64,000 bases of DNA. It comes from Podarcis erhardii. Lineage: Eukaryota. The position numbers and the translations under genes were made by a program. The notes under the pieces are model-generated. The model saw only the letters and a list, made by a program, of their open reading frames with translations. It did no database searches and was not told the origin of the DNA. Positions 26,327-36,966 of this stretch are shown here, piece by piece (within the stretch, counting starts at the first letter, position 1; each line of letters starts with the position of its first letter). The stretch is from NCBI GenBank assembly GCA_964252035.1, contig OZ176200.1; one strand, 5' to 3'.

Positions 26327-26512
26327 ACGCACACATTTCTCCATATCATTACCCAGTCATGTTTGACCATAAGCAGAATAGAGGATGGCACTCGGGGTCC
26401 CACAGTGGAGACATGCAATGGCAGCCCCTTTCAAAAGTGGCTACTGAGAAACTACACGCGACTGGAGGTTTTTAGGAACATTTTTTACAGTCCCACTGAC
26501 TATTTTCTTTAG
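26327..26512 (+). CDS. GALNT13: GALNT13 alternative exon encoding a second lectin gamma repeat and C-terminus
   Basis: Long pyrimidine tract with ATACAG| acceptor; phase 0, in frame with the 12847-12981 exon; 61 codons plus TAG. Encodes THTFLHIITQSCLTISRIEDGTRGPTVETCNGSPFQKWLLRNYTRLEVFRNIFYSPTDYFL*. Keeps H, both Cys, QxW and LLRNxT of the gamma repeat and resembles the alternative human GALNT13 C-terminus as I recall it. Confidence 0.88.
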   Translation, partial: THTFLHIITQSCLTISRIEDGTRGPTVETCNGSPFQKWLLRNYTRLEVFRNIFYSPTDYFL

Positions 26513-26700
26513 CAAATGTCTCGAGGTTGGTATCAAAGGCGCAAAAAGAAAAAGCTAAGCTCCTTGCTTGCTTGCTTGTGCTCTTTCCCCATTTTCTCCC
26601 CTTGTTTAGTTTTTTACATAGTGTTAAGATGTAGAAACAACAGCTTAGAAATAGCATTAGTTTATGCTGCTTAGCTCTGGGTGTGTTTAAAACAGTCAAC

Positions 26701-26750
26701 ATTAAAAGTCGCATTTGATTGTCCTTTGTGGTGTATGTCTTTTCTCTTTT
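26701..26750 (+). promoter_or_regulatory. Candidate polyadenylation site for the alternative exon
   Basis: ATTAAA at 26701-26706, followed by a GU/U-rich tract (TTGATTGTCCTTTGTGGTGTATGTCTTTCTC), about 190 nt after the TAG. Confidence 0.5.
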
Positions 26751-27965
26751 TGCAAAAAACTGTGAATTAGAAAGCATGGCTTTTGTGTTCCCCCTAAACA
26801 TATAGTAGCAGTTGTATTGATGGCTACTCCTATTCCTTGCTTTAGCCACTGTGATGCAAAGAAAGTGTTGTTATTGTTTTCACACCTAGAAAGGGCATTC
26901 TCTGCACTGCAAAACAGATGGGGAAATCTGTTCGGCATGATCCTGTTTTTGCCAGGTCATTAATGCACTGGTGCCAGCAGGGCACGTCAGGTCGAAGGCC
27001 CTTAACACCCACATAAAAATTGCAGGATATTCAGATGTACAACCCGAACTCCTGTATGGTACACCATCAGCACTGTTACCCAGCATTGGGTCAACTATGA
27101 TATTTAAGTTTATTGTCAGTTTTATCAATTGCATTTTGGTTGCTAAAGATGCATTGTTTAGCTTGGCACAAATGCCTCCTCTCAGATATAAGAACTTCCA
27201 TGCAGTCAAACTGGGCCTTTGAGGGCTCATCCAGACTTGGCAGCAAAGTGCACATTCTCCTGGTCTGTTTACCACCTTCCTCAGGTCCGCCTAATTATTT
27301 CTTCGGTAATCCATTCTTTTTGGTGTCCTAACATGAAATGGGCATATATAATATAGTGGACTGTGCCACTCCCCCCCCCAAAAAAAATTGGCATCCATCT
27401 TCTCCTGCAGCCCCAAACTCACTGCCACCCCATCCCGGTTCCATCCATGGTATTATTTCCAGGGCACTTTTTGAGTGGTTTCATTTTTAGTGTGTGTGTG
27501 TGTGTGGTTTTGGAGCAATCTCTCTTTACCTGAATTTATTTTGGGGCTAAGCTCATTCTGAACAAAAGTGAAGTGATTCCACGAGCTGCAAGGGGGGCAG
27601 GACTCTGTGGACACAAAGAAGAAAAGCCATTTCTAGACAGGATTGCACTCTTCTTGAAAGGTTCAAGTTCATAGCTCACGGGTTCTTAGGGACCCAGCCT
27701 TGCTTCTAGGCCATAGTTGTGTCCTAGAATGTACTAGCTCCAAGCTGTTTAAGTTGTCTGTGCCCACTGTTGGAAGACTTGATTACTCACATCCAGGCAT
27801 AGGCAGCTCGTGCTTCATGTGGGGCTGCCCATGAAAAGTATTCAGAAAATCTGATCAGTGCAGAATACCACAGCTGAACTCATGGCTGGAGACTGTGAGT
27901 TGGCATATGCACAGGACACCTATATAGAAATTGCCACATTGGCCACCAGTGTGTGGCCTAAACCT

Positions 27966-28315
27966 AAAGGTAAAGGTAAAGGACCCCTGACAGTTAAGTC
28001 CAGTCGCAGACGACTCTGGGGTTGCGGCGCTCATCTCGCTTTACTGGCTGAGAGAGCCGGCATTTGTCTGCAGACAGTTTTTCTGGGTCATGCGGCCAGC
28101 ATGACTAAGCCGCTTCTGGCGAAACCAGAGCAGCGCATGGAAATGCTGTTTACCTTCCCACCAGAGTGGTACCTATTTATCTACTTGCACTTTGACGTGC
28201 TTTCAAACTGCTAGGTTGGCAGGAGCTGGGACCGAGCAACGGGAACTCACCCCGTCACGGGGATTCGAACCGCCCACCTTCCAATCGGCAAGCCCTAGGC
28301 ACCACCTGCGTCCCA
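27966..28315 (-). mobile_element. Sauria SINE (antisense)
   Basis: (AAAGGT)n tail on the left, GGATTCGAACC B box on the right; 9-bp TSD CCTAAACCT (27957-65 / 28316-24). Confidence 0.92.
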
Positions 28316-30235
28316 CCTAAACCTTAATGACCTAAGGACCAGGACATCTCAGAGAAACACATTTTCTGATACAATCTTTTCCAGAGGTGGAAATCCTGCT
28401 TCAGGTTCAGTCGTTTGGGTCTCCTCAAGAGCCATTCTGTTTTAGCTGACTATTATTTTGACTGTATCTTATATCCTTTTTAATGTGTGGTTTCATGGAA
28501 TTGCTGTTTGTGCCTCTCTGGAAACAGGAGCTGAAAGGCAGCCTATAAAATCCTGTAAGTAAATACAATTAAATAAATAATTATGTTCTTGGTAATTATC
28601 TTGTATAGTAGGTACATATAGTAGGTACATCTTGGTAGTAGGTACCCAGAAATGCGTCATAAATAAACCCTGAGTATTTCTCAATGTGGTAACGCCATTT
28701 ACAAAGCCACCTCAACCCTTTTTGCACTTTTCAAGCAGTATCATACCACTTTAAGTTGACATGCTTCCCTCGCACCCCAAGAATCCTGGGAGTTGTAGTT
28801 CGTTAAGGGTGTAAAGCATTGTTAGGAGACCCTGATTCCCCCTCACAGAACTACAGTTCCGTATGGTTTAGCTATGGAACTCTTGACTCTTTAAAATGGT
28901 ATGATGCTGTTTTTAAATGTATAGTCCAGATGAAGCCTTAACAGTGCTGTACAAAAGTTATATTAAAAAGAACAAACCCTGCCCATAGACTTACAAATTA
29001 ACGGGTGTATTAGCATGGTCATTGTTTCTAGTCTAGACATTTCCAGAGCATTTTAAGATATCTTTTATAAGGCAAATGTCAGTTTTCCTGTCGATATTTT
29101 AGGTTAAGAATTTAAAACATTTGCATCAGTAATGTTACCTGTCCAAGTTGCTGTTGAGCGTGTGCGCGCGCACACGTAAAGATTAACTTAACACTTACTC
29201 TTTGTCCTAAAATGAATGGGTGTTTTTTCTTTTCTTTTAAGCAAGCTTGCATATGCTTGAGTAAGAAAGAAAACTCTTCTTATTTTTTTAAAAAAACCTG
29301 TTTTTATGAGTGTTTAAACAGCTAGAGATTGCTGCAGTATAATCATCTTTATGGTGAAAAATGAAGTAAATTCTAGACTGTGTGGTTTTGTTGTTAATAT
29401 TTTCCCAAGGTAATTGATTGCTGACCAAACAAAGAAAGCTCTTTCTAATAGCATACATAATTATGGAACCAAAGAAGTAAGTGCTTATAGAAGACTGTTA
29501 AAAAAACCCTCAACAATATGTTTGTCTGGCATGAAATTATGTAACAAATACAAAGGAACAGCTGATGGGAGGCAGCACGGTATCAGTTTCCTTGGGTTTG
29601 TAGATTTGCAATATCACCAGTTTAATTAATGCTAAAATACGTTATTTCAGCAATCCTGAATCTTTTCTATGGACAGCACACAAGTTGCATAGGTTAACAG
29701 TGCAGTTTTTAATGTCTCTTAAAAGGATAGGAAAAGGCTCTGTTCTTACAGAGCTGCAAAATATTAAACAGCCTTAAGGTGATTTAATTTAACAGGTGTA
29801 GATGTTTCTTTGGGAATTCCATGACAGTTCGTTCAAAGTAAGAGCAAAACCTCAAGGGAGATGATGCTTCCCCAGTTGAAATTGTACAGCGCACAACATT
29901 TAGAAATGTGTAACGCATGTCAATCTAGCATGGAATAATGTGAAATCATTTTGCAAAAGTTTAGATGTTTGTGCAATCTCATCATTGCAAACCATCTCAG
30001 GGAAATGGCTTAATTTTGAAATCAGCAATGAATAAACATTTCAGTGGTGTTGCAGCATGCAGTTCTGGTTTTCCTTAATGCCATCTGTGAAGATGCTAAA
30101 CAAGAACTTCTAACTCTGAATAAAAAGATACCAGCCCCAAAGTTTACCATTCTGTTTTTCTGTTATCAGTGATTGAGCAGACCGACCTTACAAGGTCTAG
30201 ATCCATGCAGCTGATGGATATTTATGGATAGAGAA

Positions 30236-30278
<43 letters not shown>

Positions 30279-30334
30279 TTTCTATCCCTGCTCATTTATT
30301 ATTTATATCCCGCCACTCTGGGTGGCTCCCAACA

Positions 30335-30368
<34 letters not shown>

Positions 30369-30625
30369 GCAGCGATGTAACATCAGACATTAAAAACTTC
30401 CCTAAACAGGGCTGCCTTCAGATGTCTTCTAAAAGTCAGATAGTTGTTTATTTCCTTGACATCTGATGGGAGGGCATTCCACAGGGGGTGCCACTACCAA
30501 GAAGGCCCTCTGCCTGGTTCCCTGTAACTTGGCTTCTCGCAATGAGGGAACTGCCAGAAGACCCTCAGAGCTGGGCCTCAGTGTCCGGGCTGAACAATGG
30601 GGGTGGAGACGCTCCTTCAGGTATG
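30236..30625 (-). mobile_element. L2 LINE 3' end with (TAA)n tracts
   Basis: Same family as 10530; antisense peptide ...LAVPSLREAKLQGTRQRAFLVVAP. Confidence 0.88.
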
Positions 30626-30651
30626 CTTGAAACGAAGTAAATAAATACACA

Positions 30652-30757
30652 GCCTGCTGAATCAAGCCAACAGCCCACCTAGTCCAGCACCCTGTTCTCC
30701 CAGTGGTCAACCAGATGCATGTAGGAAACCTGCAAACAGGACCTGAGTGCAAAAGCA
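30652..30757 (-). mobile_element. CR1-like LINE 3' fragment
   Basis: GCCTGCTGAATCAAGCC...CTAGTCCAGCACCCTGTTCTC...; related to 35901-36170. Confidence 0.6.
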
Positions 30758-31718
30758 GACAATGCCTAATATTTTGAGAGCAGTGTTTCCCATCTCAGTT
30801 TAAAAAGAATAATTGATCTTATGATATTTGATCTATGGTGCACAGCTGAATGATACAAATATGAATGTTTAGTATAATTGTTACATTTCTAGCTAAAAGC
30901 AGCAATATAAAACATGGGTACTACATTTCAGTGATAGCGTAGCTTGGTGCTTCTTTTTTTTTAAAAAAAAAAAACCCTTCGGGGGTTTTTTATTAAAAAA
31001 TCTTGTTTCTTGTGGTTTGGCGGGTTAAAAAAATAAATTGATCGTTTTATTTGATGACATCACTGAAAACAGGCATACTGGCAATCAAAAAGCTCCCTTA
31101 AAAATTACCTCAAAGAAAGAGAAGAACAGCTATGAGACATTGTGACAAAAACAAATATTTCATTAGGCAGCTAGTGAATCAATTTAAGTCTTTGAAAACC
31201 AGGTGACGAAATGGCAGTTCATTACTAGACAGAAAAGATTATAAGGTGGGCTTTTCAAGGAGTATTTTCACATCTTTTAAGGGAAAGGTCATGAAACCAT
31301 CTAATAATCTTCTTAATCCAATATTCTAATACATTCTGTGGTAGCAAAGCTGGATATCATTTACATTTTTAACATGGCAGTACTGCAGTGAGAGCATACA
31401 CTCTCTCTAATCCCTTGATAATCAGGCACTGTTTCACAATAGATTGGGTGGTATCCAATGCTACTCACTATACATGGAGTAAAACCATTGAAATGAATGG
31501 ACATGATGGGGTAGAAAGGATCTCCCAGGGTGAGAGGCTGGGGGAAGAAACAGAAGTTTCCAGGAAGGTCTTCTTTTCTCTATATGAATAAAGGATATGA
31601 TACAATTGAGGTAGAGGGTTTTTAGATCTATTTCTCTTTCTTATTTTTTCCCCTTTTTCTTTTTTAGATCATCTTGGTTTTTATTGTAGTTTATGTTGAA
31701 AACGTTCAATAAAAATAT

Positions 31719-31758
<40 letters not shown>
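31719..31758. repeat. (AAAG)n microsatellite
   Basis: Direct reading of the sequence. Confidence 0.95.
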
Positions 31759-31764
<6 letters not shown>

Positions 31765-32435
31765 CATGAGTAGCAGGTGTATTGATTTCCATAAATCTAC
31801 TGTGAGCAGAACTCAGTTGGACTGAACCCATTGAGCTAACTGGTTTGCAACGTATCAGTACAGTTTTTGTGAATATATATTTTCTCACAATCTGTAGTAT
31901 TCAAAACGTTGCTGCAGAACATTCCTACTAGCCCCTCAGTATTTCAGGAAATTGATCCATTATCCAGACTCAGGTGCTGCTCATCCATTGCTCCACTGTC
32001 TTACCAGAATTCAGATTCAGTTTATTGGCTCCTACCACCGCAAAGTCTGGTACCAGTTGATGAGTTTCATGGCCTTTCCTGATTCAGGATACTGTATCTT
32101 CATAAATGCAGTGCTTTTCCACTGGCCAGAGCATCTTAACCAACATGAAATCAAACACAGATTTCATAATAATTCCAAATGTTCCTACCTTCAGTGTCCA
32201 GCTCCAGGCAATTGCTGGTTTTGAATCCCCTGTTCTGTAACATAGGAGGTTGCTTTAGTTTATACCAAGTCAGACCAGTGGTCAATCTACCTCAGTGCTG
32301 CTTGAGGGCTCTATATATGTAAGCTGCTCAGAGCTTCCCAAAAGCAGTGTTTATGTTTTAAACATAACATGCTGAAACTTTTAAAGGAGCATATAACATA
32401 TACATATATAACTACACAACTTTTAGAAGATATAT

Positions 32436-32560
32436 GAAGGCAGCCCTGTATCAGAAGGTTTTTAATGATTGATATGTTTTATGGTTTATCTGTGTTGGAA
32501 GATGCCCAGAATGGCTGGGGCAACCCAGCCAGATGGGCAGGGTATAAACAAACAAACAAA
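32436..32560 (+). mobile_element. L2 LINE extreme 3' end
   Basis: GAAGGCAGCCCTGTA...GGCTGGGGCAACCCAGCCAGATGGGCAGGGTATAAA plus an (AAAC) tail. Confidence 0.8.
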
Positions 32561-33253
32561 CATCATCATCATTACTAAGTACATTGTGTTAATACATAAC
32601 AGTAATACAGCTTTGTACAACAAAACATTTATAATACACTTGTAATACAAGATTTAAGAATTTTTAAAAAGAAGGCCTGAAAAGTAAAAGCTAACTTTGC
32701 CAAGTCAGTGAAAAGGCTGCCATAGGCAAAGGGGAATGGAAAAGAAGTATTGCATTGTGGCTGCAGCAGGACAAATCCCAAGCTCACTCTAGTTTCTGGA
32801 GACACTCATGAACTGCTCTAAATGGCAGCACTTCACTTGGGTTGTGAAGTGTGGGTGGGTTTAGGCATGACTCAAGACCAGATCTCAGCTCAAAGCAGTT
32901 TATTGTAGCAACAAGAACAAGACTGACAAATAGGGACACTTGGCCCAATATATATACCTTTAACTGGCCCAGGTAAAAGCACACACCTCACCTATGATAG
33001 GTCGCCTTAATGCTTGCAGTTAGCGAATCACAACACTGGCCCTATCTCAGTCAGGATTGGCTGCCTGCCAGCTACTAACAATGTCATCGGAGGTTTTTAG
33101 AACCCTCTCCATCTTTTGTTATACAGGTGAAGCTCCTGAGCTCCAGGAAGCCTTAAGGCCTAGGTCTGCTTTGCATGCATACAAGCCTGGCTTTGGCCTA
33201 CAATGCCTGCATACATAACAGGATTTTTGTTGTTGTTATTGTTTCTTTTGCAG

Positions 33254-33394
33254 CGACTTACCTTGAGGCACATCAACAGCAACCAATGTCTCGATGAACC
33301 CTCTGAAGACGACAAAATGGTTCCTACCATGAAAGACTGCAGTGAAAGCCGATCTCAGCAGTGGCTGCTCCGGAATATGACCTTGGGTGCCTAA
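33254..33394 (+). CDS. GALNT13: GALNT13 canonical last coding exon (lectin gamma repeat)
   Basis: TTTCTTTTGCAG| acceptor; 141 nt. Encodes [46 protein letters not shown], the characteristic GALNT13 C-terminus. Confidence 0.97.
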   Translation, partial: RLTLRHINSNQCLDEPSEDDKMVPTMKDCSESRSQQWLLRNMTLGA

Positions 33395-34650
33395 AAGCCG
33401 CGAAAGACTCGCTGTGTTTCCTCGCCAGGCCTCGCAAGGCTCTAGACCTCTTGCACTTCACACAGTTTGATCGAACAGAAGTCTTTTCCTCTTCCCATGT
33501 TATCGGTGAAGTGAAAGGTTTTGAATGCTCGGTGAAAAGCCCATCTGCTTTTTAATTGCTTAAAGCATGTTTGCACTTCTCCCTTCAGAATTTTTATCTT
33601 TTATTTTCTACTCATTCAGCTAAACACACAAGCGCTCTGCAATACCGTAAAACATATGCTATGATCAAGACACGGTATTCTTGAGGAAAAATCAGACTCG
33701 CGGAAAGCATTACAAAGCTGAACTCCAAGGTTTTGTGGGGAGTGGGCTTACTGTTGGTTCTGTCATGTAACGTTGCTTGAAAGTGACCATGTTAAATGCC
33801 TTATGAAACCCACCTGTATCGTGAGAGATTATATCTTTTATTTATTAAGTCGATGTGCTTGTACTGGCCCCTTCATGGCAGCAGAGGAAGAATTAGTTTT
33901 TAATCTGCTGCCGGCCGTAACCAGCAGATAGCTCAGCTGAAAGAATCTCTGAGCAGTAAATTTACTGTATATAATGGGTGTCTTTCATGTATAATACTGG
34001 GGGGGAATGTGGCATTGCTGTTCTTGAAACGCCTTTGGAATATCGGCAAAACTAAATGAAGGCTATATGCTGGCAGATGGGAGGTAAAATTGAAATCACA
34101 GCGAAAGGTAATACAATGAAACTGAATTCATATCGTCCACAGATAGCGTACACTCTTGACAAAGCATAAGCCTTTGTGAAGCATAGTAATGCCTCTGGCC
34201 AATTCTCACGAACTCCCATTAGTGGTGCAACTATAAGAGGTAGCAAAACTTGATCATCTTGAGTTGGAGTGAAACTCTTGAAACTTGTTCTTTAAAAATG
34301 TCAAGAGCAGGTTTATGCTAGGCACTTTACTGGAGTTCAAGTTAAGCTTCGTTGCATTAACTGTCCACTTTTCCATATTGATTATATTTATTATTTTGAA
34401 AGATTGATTTTGTTATTACAGCAAATTAAGCATACGTACAGCCCCACCTAAAAACGTCAAAGCTTCCACCTATTAATAAGTCTAGTTGAATGGTTTTATA
34501 TATAACCGTAATAGAAACACGACTAATTAAAAAGCATATCTAATAAGCTTATGACCTGTAACATAGCCACATTGGGAGCCGAGTTTGCTCAGGAGGTGGT
34601 TAAACTATAAATAATAATATTTTAATTAAAAAGAGGGGTAATTGTATGGC
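33395..34650 (+). other. GALNT13: GALNT13 3' UTR (approximate end)
   Basis: Repeat-free sequence after the TAA. ATTAAA at 34526-34531 and 34625-34630; the first AATAAA is at 35582, past a SINE. The true end is not determinable from sequence. Confidence 0.55.
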
Positions 34651-35243
34651 ATAACTCTATACCTATATGTAAGTGGGAACACTTTGGGCTAACATTTGAC
34701 TCTTCAGTGGTTCCAGTATTAGGTCTATAAGGAGCAATATTGAGTCTAGGGATGAGTGTGTGCTATAGTTAGATTTACAGACTCCTTGTATGTCAGGGCC
34801 ATTTGGCATGTCAAAATATTGTGCTTTATTGAATGGTATGAATTTGTCCACATTGCTTCCACAATACCCTGGAGAGCTTGGCTAGCCCTATCGCTTTCAC
34901 ATTGCCACAACACCTTGGACCTTAGGAGTCAGATAGAGCCAGTTTCTCTGGATGAGACCTGATACACTGTGTTTCCCTTTCATATATATCACCTGCCTGG
35001 AGTTTGAATATGCATATTTCTCTTATCCATCCACCCATAGTAGAAGTGTTCTAAGCTGCTATCATATCAGTATACTCGAGCTCCAAACAGGCTGTCAAGA
35101 GCCCAGCAGAGTCAGAGGTGAAAAATAGGGTGTGAATAGACCAGTGATCGGGTTCCAAAAGAAGTAGGCAATGATCCCGTCAGCCCAGAAGCAGAAGGTA
35201 TCCTCTGAGAATAGCTGGTGTTCAGATATCACACATAAACCTA

Positions 35244-35428
35244 TATAGGAAGTTGCCTTATAGTAAAGTCATTGGGCCATCTAACTCTGCACTGTCTGTA
35301 CAGACTGACAGCAGCTCTCCAGGGTTCATGGGGATATTCCCAGACCTACCTGGAGATGGGGATTGAAGCTGGAGCTGCCTTCTTCATGCAAGGCAGATGC
35401 TCTACCACTAAGCTACAGCACTTCCCCT
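35244..35428 (-). mobile_element. tRNA-derived SINE (Squam3-like)
   Basis: Antisense head GCTGTAGCTTAGTGGTAGAGCATCTGCCTTGCATG and tail GCAACTTCCTAT. Confidence 0.75.
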
Positions 35429-35900
35429 AACAAGACTAGTTAGTTAATATAGTTAATGTAAATAGGCTATATCGCCTTGGCTGATGCCAGCCAGATGCCG
35501 GATGAGGCAAGGCAGGATTCTGATTAGCACCTTATATGATGGACAAGTTGCCCAGATGTAAAGAGCCTAGGACAGTTCTTAAATAAAGGCTGTGGCATCC
35601 TTACTGGCTCCTCTGGTCACCCTCCTACAACTGCCAGTGTAGTGCTGGGGAAGAGTGAGGTTTTGGACACCTAGCCCCTCTCTCTATACAACATGTTATC
35701 TGGAACTTGGGAAACTATAAGGTCTCTGTAAGGGCCTTGGCCCATTGGAGGAATGCCCAAGTTTTTATCAGTGAGCAGAACACTGATGGGAATAAACCTT
35801 TGCTAAGAGTCCATATGAATCTTATTTTGGTATTTGAAGAAGTGCCTCTCTTTCTGTCAGAGACAAATCTCTCAGCACCACCTGATAAGTCATCTCTATG

Positions 35901-36170
35901 CATAAGAAAGTAAGAAGAGCCTGCCGGATCAGGCCAGTGACCCATCTAGTCCAGCATCCTGTTCTCCCTGTAGCCAACCACATGCCTGTGGGAAACCCTC
36001 ATTCTCCCCTCCTGATGTTTCCTGCAACTGATATTCAGAAGGATTCTGCCTTTGACCATGGAGGCAGAGAATAGCCATTGTGGCTAGTCAGCATGGATAG
36101 CCTTTACTGCCAGGAATTTGTCAAATTCTCTTTTAAAGACATCCAAGCTGGTGGCCATCACTGCCACCAG
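35901..36170 (-). mobile_element. CR1-like LINE 3' end
   Basis: Starts with the CATAAGAA..TAAGAAGAGCCTG (antisense TTCTTATG) tail; matches squamate CR1 3' sequence as I recall it. Confidence 0.7.
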
Positions 36171-36870
36171 TGAAGGGCATTATTTGGGACTTCTCGGTTT
36201 AAGCTACTTGTCAGTTTGAACCACAGTTTTTAATAGCAAGAGTAACCGTTCAGTTCACTTGCCAGCCCTGGCTGGTGTCTACTGAGGACTAAAAGTTGGT
36301 TACCTGGGTTGAGCAGGCAAGGCAAGAGTAACCATTGCTTCTCAGTGCAATGACTGAAAAGCTTGCTTTGAAGGAGCTGGTTTTTTATGCTATGGGTGCC
36401 TCCAGTGGCTTGTTAGGTCAGCTGGCCACCTTTAGCTTGTGGGATCTGCTAGCAGTATGCTGGCCGGTAAGGTAGCCTAGTCTGGTTGGCTAACTAAGGA
36501 ACCAAAGTGCCAATGATAACAAAGGAAGTAAGACACAGAAAGCTGTTTGCTGGAGATCCCAGTCTGAGACAAATACACACACCAACTTACACCAACTAGG
36601 CAGATGAAAGAGTTGTCCGGAACATTAGTGGCCTGTTCTCCTCAGAAGACAGAAGGGAATTGTGTATCACTAAACCACCTGGGAGATTAAAATCAAGCAG
36701 CCCAGAGCACAGTGATAGCAGCATGGTTCTGTTTCACTTTTGCCCAGTGGTGGAATTCTGGAGATAATGAATTGCACAATAATCTGGCAGGAACTGTCAG
36801 ATTCTTAAGCAGGCAAGCCAAGGCATTGCCAAAATCAGTCTGAAGTACAAGCCCAAGCAGAGGTGCTCTG

Positions 36871-36966
36871 TGTGGTTATATATTCAGATTTCCAGGTCCA
36901 ATTGTGGTTATATATTCAGATTTCCAGGTCCAATTGTGGTTATATATTCAGATTTCCTGGTCCAAT
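36871..36966. repeat. 32-bp tandem repeat, 3 copies
   Basis: TGTGGTTATATATTCAGATTTCCAGGTCCAAT three times, head to tail; one substitution in copy 3. Confidence 0.95.

Noticed and set aside
33797-34329. miRNA seed matches in the 3' UTR (TGCCTTA, miR-124, 33797-803; GCACTTTA, miR-17 family, 34322-29)
   Set aside because: Single 7-8-mers are expected by chance and cannot be supported without conservation data.
36871-36966. 32-bp repeats as a CRISPR array
   Set aside because: No spacers, vertebrate context and no cas genes; a simple tandem repeat.
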